This document shows, in pieces, positions 58,005-64,000 of a DNA stretch of 64,000 bases. The stretch spans positions 11,284,001 through 11,348,000 of the forward strand of contig OZ024760.1 in the NCBI GenBank assembly GCA_964016885.1. The letters run 5' to 3'. The position numbers were made by a program, and so were the translations under genes. A model generated the notes under the pieces. That model did not search any database and was not told the origin of the DNA. It saw only the letters and a program-made list of their open reading frames with translations. Position 1 is the stretch's first letter, and every line of letters begins with the position of its first letter. The stretch comes from Eledone cirrhosa (lineage: Eukaryota).

Positions 58005-58640
58005 GTGTGTACGTGTGATTATGTCTGTATGTTACTGTGTGTTTGTCTGTGTGCGTGTGTGTACGTGTGATTATGTCTGTATGTTACTGTGTGTTTGTCT
58101 GTGTGCGTGTGTGTACGTGTGATTATGTCTGTATGTTACTGTGTGTTTGTCTGTGTGCGTGTGTGTACGTGTGATTATGTCTGTATGTTACTGTGTGTTT
58201 GTCTGTGTGCGTGTGTGTACGTGTGATTATGTCTGTATGTTACTGTGTGTTTGTCTGTGTGCGTGTGTGTACGTGTGATTATGTCTGTATGTTACTGTGT
58301 GTTTGTCTGTGTGCGTGTGTGTACGTGTGATTATGTCTGTATGTTACTGTGTGTTTGTCTGTGTGCGTGTGTGTACGTGTGATTATGTCTGTATGTTACT
58401 GTGTGTTTGTCTGTGTGCGTGTGTGTACGTGTGATTATGTCTGTATGTTACTGTCTGTTTGTCTGTGTGCGTGTGTGTACGTGTGATTATGTCTGTATGT
58501 TACTGTGTGTTTGTCTGTGTGCGTGTGTGTACGTGTGATTATGTCTGTATGTTACTGTGTGTTTGTCTGTGTGCGTGTGTGTACGTGTGATTATGTCCTG
58601 TATGTTACTGTGTGTTTGTCTGTGTGCGTGTGTGTAAGTG
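58005..58640. repeat. 52-bp GT-rich minisatellite, about 12 copies, followed by a related ~80-bp array to ~59100
   Basis: ATGTCTGT recurs at 58021 and 58073 and onward. Confidence 0.9.
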
Positions 58641-59102
58641 TGATTGTCTGTATCTTACTGTGTGTTTGTCTGTGTGTGTGTGTGTGAGTTTGTTTGTGTA
58701 TTTCTTTGTTTGTGTGTGTATTTGTGTACGTGTGTTTATGTGTGTATCTTACTGTGTGTTTGTGTATGTGTGTGTGTGAGTTTGTTTGTGTATTTCTTTG
58801 TTTGTGTGTGTATTTGTGTACGTGTGTTTATGTGTGTATCTTACTGTGTGTTTGTGTATGTGTGTGTGTGAGTTTGTTTGTGTATTTCTTTGTTTGTGTG
58901 TGTATTTGTGTACGTGTGTTTATGTGTGTATCTTACTGTGTGTTTGTGTGTGTGTGTATGTGAGTTTGTTTGTGTATTTGTTTGTTTGTGTGTGTATTTG
59001 TGTATGTGTGTATCTTACTGTGTGTTTGTGTATGTGTGTGTGTGAGTTTGTGTATTTGTTTGTTTGTGTGTGTAATTGTGTACGTGTGTTTATGTGTGTA
59101 TG

Positions 59103-59143
<41 letters not shown>

Positions 59144-59264
59144 ATGTGTGTATGTGTTTTGAACACATATATGTATATATCTGTGTTTATCTCTCTTTTA
59201 TATTCAATTATATTATACGGCTCGGAAAAATCTCTTTCCTAGAGCTATTTTGAGTTTCTAACTT

Positions 59265-59305
<41 letters not shown>

Positions 59306-59392
59306 TGTGTGTAGTTGTTAGCCAACGGTAGCAGTATGTGTGTATACATAAATGTGTGTATGCCTGTGTCTATCTGTCGTCCAACGGTAACC

Positions 59393-59812
<420 letters not shown>

Positions 59813-59925
59813 ATATACATATATATGTGTGTATGTGTGTGCTTCTGAAGTTGTTGGCCTGCGGTAACTGTATGTATATATATATGTATATATATATATA
59901 TGTATATGTGTGTCTGTGTGTGTCT

Positions 59926-59959
<34 letters not shown>

Positions 59960-59961
59960 CT

Positions 59962-60000
<39 letters not shown>

Positions 60001-60078
60001 TGCTTCTGAAGTTGTTGGCCTGCGGTAACTGTATGTATATATATGTATATATATATATATGTATATGTGTGTGTGTGT

Positions 60079-60122
<44 letters not shown>

Positions 60123-61345
60123 TGTGTAGTATTTGTTCAACGTTAATGGCCCGAAACGACCCAGAAGATGGCCGACGGCGAGGGTATCCGAGGAGAGAAA
60201 TGATTAAGGCATTTTTCCCATTGGTTTCTACTATATCAGAGTTATGGGAGGTAATTGAGTATGACAATGGAAGAGATGGCCATGTCACATGAATGATAAA
60301 ACCCTCAGTAGAAATGTCACTATGACTTAGTTTAGAACAAAGATGTGTATGTCTCCTCCATCATACGCCCTTTTCTTAATCTCAACAATGGCTCCGTATT
60401 TTATATTGATCACAGTCAAAAGTCTTTCCACGATTTTTAGCCTCCATTTTGTTTTTTCGTTTTTCGTGTCCTTTTTGAGTTTTTTCGTGCGTGTTTTCGT
60501 TTGATTTGTGTGTGTGTTTTCGTTTTTTTTTGTGTGTTTGATAATTTTTATGTGTGTTTTTCTTAGTTTTTGTGTGTGTCTGATATTTTCCGTGTGTGTG
60601 TTTTTGATATTTTGTGTGTGTTTTTGCTACTTTTTTAGTGTGTGTGTTTGATGTTTTTTTTTGTATGTTTGTTAGATTTTTCTCTCTTTCTCTAGTATAA
60701 TATTAATCAGGTCACATACATTTAAAGCTTTCTTTCGCAAATGAAATTGCATGCATAGAATGCCGACAATGGAGCATTGATGGGAGCGGGGGAGCAAAGG
60801 AAGAACAGTGGAGAAAAAACAAACAATAACATTATAGTAAAGAATGAAAGAAATTGTTGTGTGTAGGTGTATTATAATTTTATCTTTTCAACGATTCTTT
60901 CAAATTAAGTTAGAAAAAAGATCTGCCTCTGTAAGATGTATTTTGGTAAGAAACCTTCATTTTTATGTGTTTTATATATATATATTATGTAAATATATTT
61001 ATATTTTCCATTGAAGACATACATGCTTCCATTTTTTTTCTATTAAATTATGATTTAGTACAAAATAATTCCAACAAAGAATATACTAGCTGTAAAGTAA
61101 ATATTAATAATGGGCGCAGGAAAGGAATCTATTTCAAAGACCACAATGGTGGTTAAGTTTCTATGTATTACACAATTCGGTATATTTCCGGTGAGGGTAT
61201 GGAGCTGAATGTAATTCGACGACGGAACAAATACCGCACAAAAGGAAGACAACCAAATCTTTTGGTCGATATATAAAGTCCGGCAAGCACTGTAGATAAC
61301 TGGGAGGTTATATATATAGTCAGCAAAATGCCTACGGATTACTTG

Positions 61346-61440
61346 TTACATGCTGACGAAATGCCTACGGATTACTTGTTACAAACACGATTTATTCAGG
61401 GCGAAACAGATTAAATCTTTAGTCTGTCCAAGAGATGTAA
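61346..61440 (+). ncRNA. Hammerhead-like motif with long stem III
   Basis: CTGACGA ... GAAA-CAGATTAAA(tc)TTTAGTCTG-TC; flanks TTACAT/ATGTAA; stem II poorly formed. Confidence 0.5.
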
Positions 61441-61595
61441 TTGTTATTGATTTGGTATGTATGAGAAATCTTATAAGAAATCTTGTAACATCCCATATGA
61501 TTCTGGTTAAATTATATGAAACATTTGTGGTGTAATCTACCCTCGTAATTTTAGACACAGGATTTACTGTTTACTTCTACACATATTAATATACA

Positions 61596-61627
<32 letters not shown>

Positions 61628-61629
<2 letters not shown>

Positions 61630-61731
61630 ACTAGAAATTGATTAACATATATATAAACATGAATAATCACAGGAGATAATTATCTCCTGTGATTATTCAT
61701 GTTTATATATATGTTAATCAATTTCTAGTTA
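61628..61731. repeat. Perfect 104-bp spacerless palindrome
   Basis: TAACTAGAAATTG...GGAGATAA|TTATCTCC...CAATTTCTAGTTA. Confidence 0.9.
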
Positions 61732-61858
61732 TTATAAAATGCTCGGATCTACTCGTTAGAATCTTAGAGCTTATTTTCTGGGTGATATGGCGCATGTTTT
61801 TCTGGCATGACACCCATAATTTTGATTTAAATTAAATTAATTTAATTTATCTTAATTT

Positions 61859-61897
<39 letters not shown>

Positions 61898-61977
61898 AAC
61901 AGAAATAACAACGCGATCGGTACAGTATATGGGAGAAATATATTAGTTTAAAGCTTGAAATAGCAGGAGGAGGGTCA

Positions 61978-62006
61978 TAACGTTTCGGACGCTAGTCCTT
62001 CATCAA
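61978..62006 (-). ncRNA. Decayed minimal hammerhead motif
   Basis: Minus strand: TTGATGA-A-GGAC(tagc)GTCC-GAAA-CGT-TA; no stem I. Confidence 0.45.
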
Positions 62007-62104
62007 AAGAAAGAATGAGAAATTAGAAAGATTGAAGAGATTGAAAGATTGTAAAAAATGTTTTTAGAGAAATATAAAAGGTCCATTTATATTGCCATCT
62101 CTTA

Positions 62105-62334
62105 CGTGGAGGCTTCAAAAAGTTCGTGGAAAAAGTATATATCAAAAAATCATATGAAGGGATTTTTCATCTCAATACACCTATACGTTCTCATACTAAC
62201 GTGTCAGAACATGTTCTAACCTGAACCCTTAAATGCATGTTGCAACGTGGGAGCATATGTTCAAAAATAAACATCATAACCTAAACCGTTTTTTACAACT
62301 GTCCTTTTTCCACGAACATTTTGATGCCCCCTCG
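62105..62334. mobile_element. mariner-type MITE
   Basis: TA-CGTGGAGGCTTCAAAAAGTTCGTGGAAAAAG ... CTTTTTCCACGAACATTTTGATGCCCCCTCG-TA. Confidence 0.8.
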
Positions 62335-62353
62335 TATATATATATATATATAT

Positions 62354-62525
62354 AACGAAGGAAATGTGGTAAGGAACCAGGTGGACCATAACGCACCAAA
62401 GTACTCAATACTTAGGGTAGTAGAGTGGGTAATAGGAACGAGTAGGACCCCGACGGCTAATTCTGAGTCCAGAATTAGCCGTCGAAACGGCTTGAGCTCA
62501 GCCGTCGGGGTCCTACTCGTTCCTA
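62354..62525. mobile_element. Family B asymmetric palindromic element
   Basis: As 41162-41433, with an internal deletion between two GACGGCT motifs. Confidence 0.8.
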
Positions 62526-62785
62526 TATATATATATATATAAGCAAAGAGATATTTAATTTGTTTGTAATTCAACAAATTTATTTATAACAGATTCGAAG
62601 CACTCAACAAGTTACCTGGAGTATAATATCAATGATATTAATAAATCGAAACTATATTTATAAAACCATATTTATTTTATTATATATATTTCAAGAGTAC
62701 CAAAAACTTTGGTACGCCCTCATCGGAACCTAAACCAATAAAATCTGGTTTCTGGGGTATGTCACTATTTATAAAACAAATTTTG

Positions 62786-62847
62786 TATTTTATCTGATGA
62801 GAGCATAACATAAATGTTGGTACCCTTGAAATATATATAATAAAATA
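62786..62847 (+). ncRNA. Family H2 hammerhead motif; inverted decayed twin at 62671-62730 (-)
   Basis: TATTTTAT-CTGATGA-GAGCATAACATAAATGTTGGTACCCTT-GAAA-TATATA-TA-ATAAAATA: perfect 8-bp stem I, partly deleted stem II. Confidence 0.65.
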
Positions 62848-62887
62848 AATATGGTTTTATAAATATATTTTCCAATTATTAATATCA

Positions 62888-62945
<58 letters not shown>

Positions 62946-62946
62946 A

Positions 62947-62977
<31 letters not shown>

Positions 62978-63011
62978 AAGAGAGAGATTATAGATATGTA
63001 ATTAGTTAGTC

Positions 63012-63042
<31 letters not shown>

Positions 63043-63061
63043 TAGATAGGTACATGGATAC

Positions 63062-63159
<98 letters not shown>

Positions 63160-63802
63160 CTGTGACCCTTTTTATAAGAGTACAGCTTCCTTGCTTATAG
63201 TGATCACGTGGTTGCACGGCCGTGACAATAACAATATTTCATGTTGTAAAAACATTTGTTTATCAAGTGATATGGAATAACATATTGGAAATATGGAATG
63301 TGGGATATTTCAAACTAGCAAATTTTGTCGCCATTATACCATTATAGTGTTACCCGGCGGCGGCGGCGGCGGCTGTTGTTGTTGTTGTTGGGTGGTGGTG
63401 ATTGTAGTGGAGGAGGTGGTGCTGGAGGTACTAATAGGGGTTGTGGTGGTGGTATTTGTAGGGGTGGTACTAGTGATGGTTATGCTGCTGGTGATGGTAG
63501 TAACGTTGGTGGTGGTGGTGGAGGAGGCGGTGATCGTGGTGGTTGTGATGGTATTGCTGGTGGTAATGACACCCTTCTGTCACAAATGACTATGGGATTT
63601 ACACCTACAAACTTACCCTCCGAGACACAAGCCTGGACAAAGTGTATTTGTGGAAGACCAGCAGTCACCCATGCATACCAACTTTCCGTCTCCACACTCC
63701 CGATATTGAGCTAGGTACCAGTAATATCACAACTCATTTATATAACTGAGTAAACTGGGGCAACGTAGTTGTGGGGGGTGGGTGGTCTTATTGGTGGTGA
63801 GT

Positions 63803-64000
63803 TTTGTAGGGGTTGATACCAACAACCCGTCATCTCGATAAAGACAGTTGTGTAGGGGTTGATACCAACAAACCGTCATCTCGATAAAGACAGTTTTGTA
63901 GGGGTTGATGCCAACAACCCGTCATCTCGATAAAGACAGTTGTGTAAGGGTTGATGCCAACAACGCGTCATCTCGATAAAGACAGTTGTGTAAGGGTTGA
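63803..64000. repeat. 46-bp tandem repeat running off the window edge
   Basis: GGTTGAT recurs at 63811 and 63857 and onward. Confidence 0.9.

Noticed and set aside
61030-61330. Second GIY-YIG C-terminal remnant upstream of the 61346 motif
   Set aside because: Only a vague resemblance, and no conserved motif could be read confidently.
63570-63705. Possible HDV-like ribozyme in an RTE-type 5' region (minus strand)
   Set aside because: Too degenerate to assign the nested pseudoknot helices by eye.

Overview
AT-rich, microsatellite-saturated eukaryotic DNA. The SINE families, (TA)n density and TTAGGG repeats look like a cephalopod (Octopus-type) genome; this is an inference, not a database result. 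No host protein-coding exon could be supported, and nearly all ORFs in the track are microsatellite artefacts. Real coding remnants are all retroelement fragments: a Penelope-like GIY-YIG endonuclease (29.8-30.3 kb), an R4/Dong-type RLE C-terminus (45.4-45.7 kb), an L1/Tx1-type CCHC C-terminus (52.5-52.8 kb) and an RTE C-terminus (19.2-19.5 kb). There are also many tRNA-derived SINEs (some with TSDs), four MITEs and several minisatellite arrays. The main hidden signal is about 25 type I hammerhead-ribozyme motifs, read by eye on both strands, from more than 10 apparently unrelated short non-coding element families. These elements mostly abut (TA)n tracts, show stem covariation and U3-A8 core variants, and often occur as fold-back palindromes. 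The pattern fits a diverse population of Penelope-pLTR-derived or retrozyme-like non-autonomous RNA elements associated with (TA)n microsatellites. A ~670-bp triplication whose junctions are filled with telomeric repeats is also present. All structures were deduced by manual base-pair inspection; none were computed or tested.
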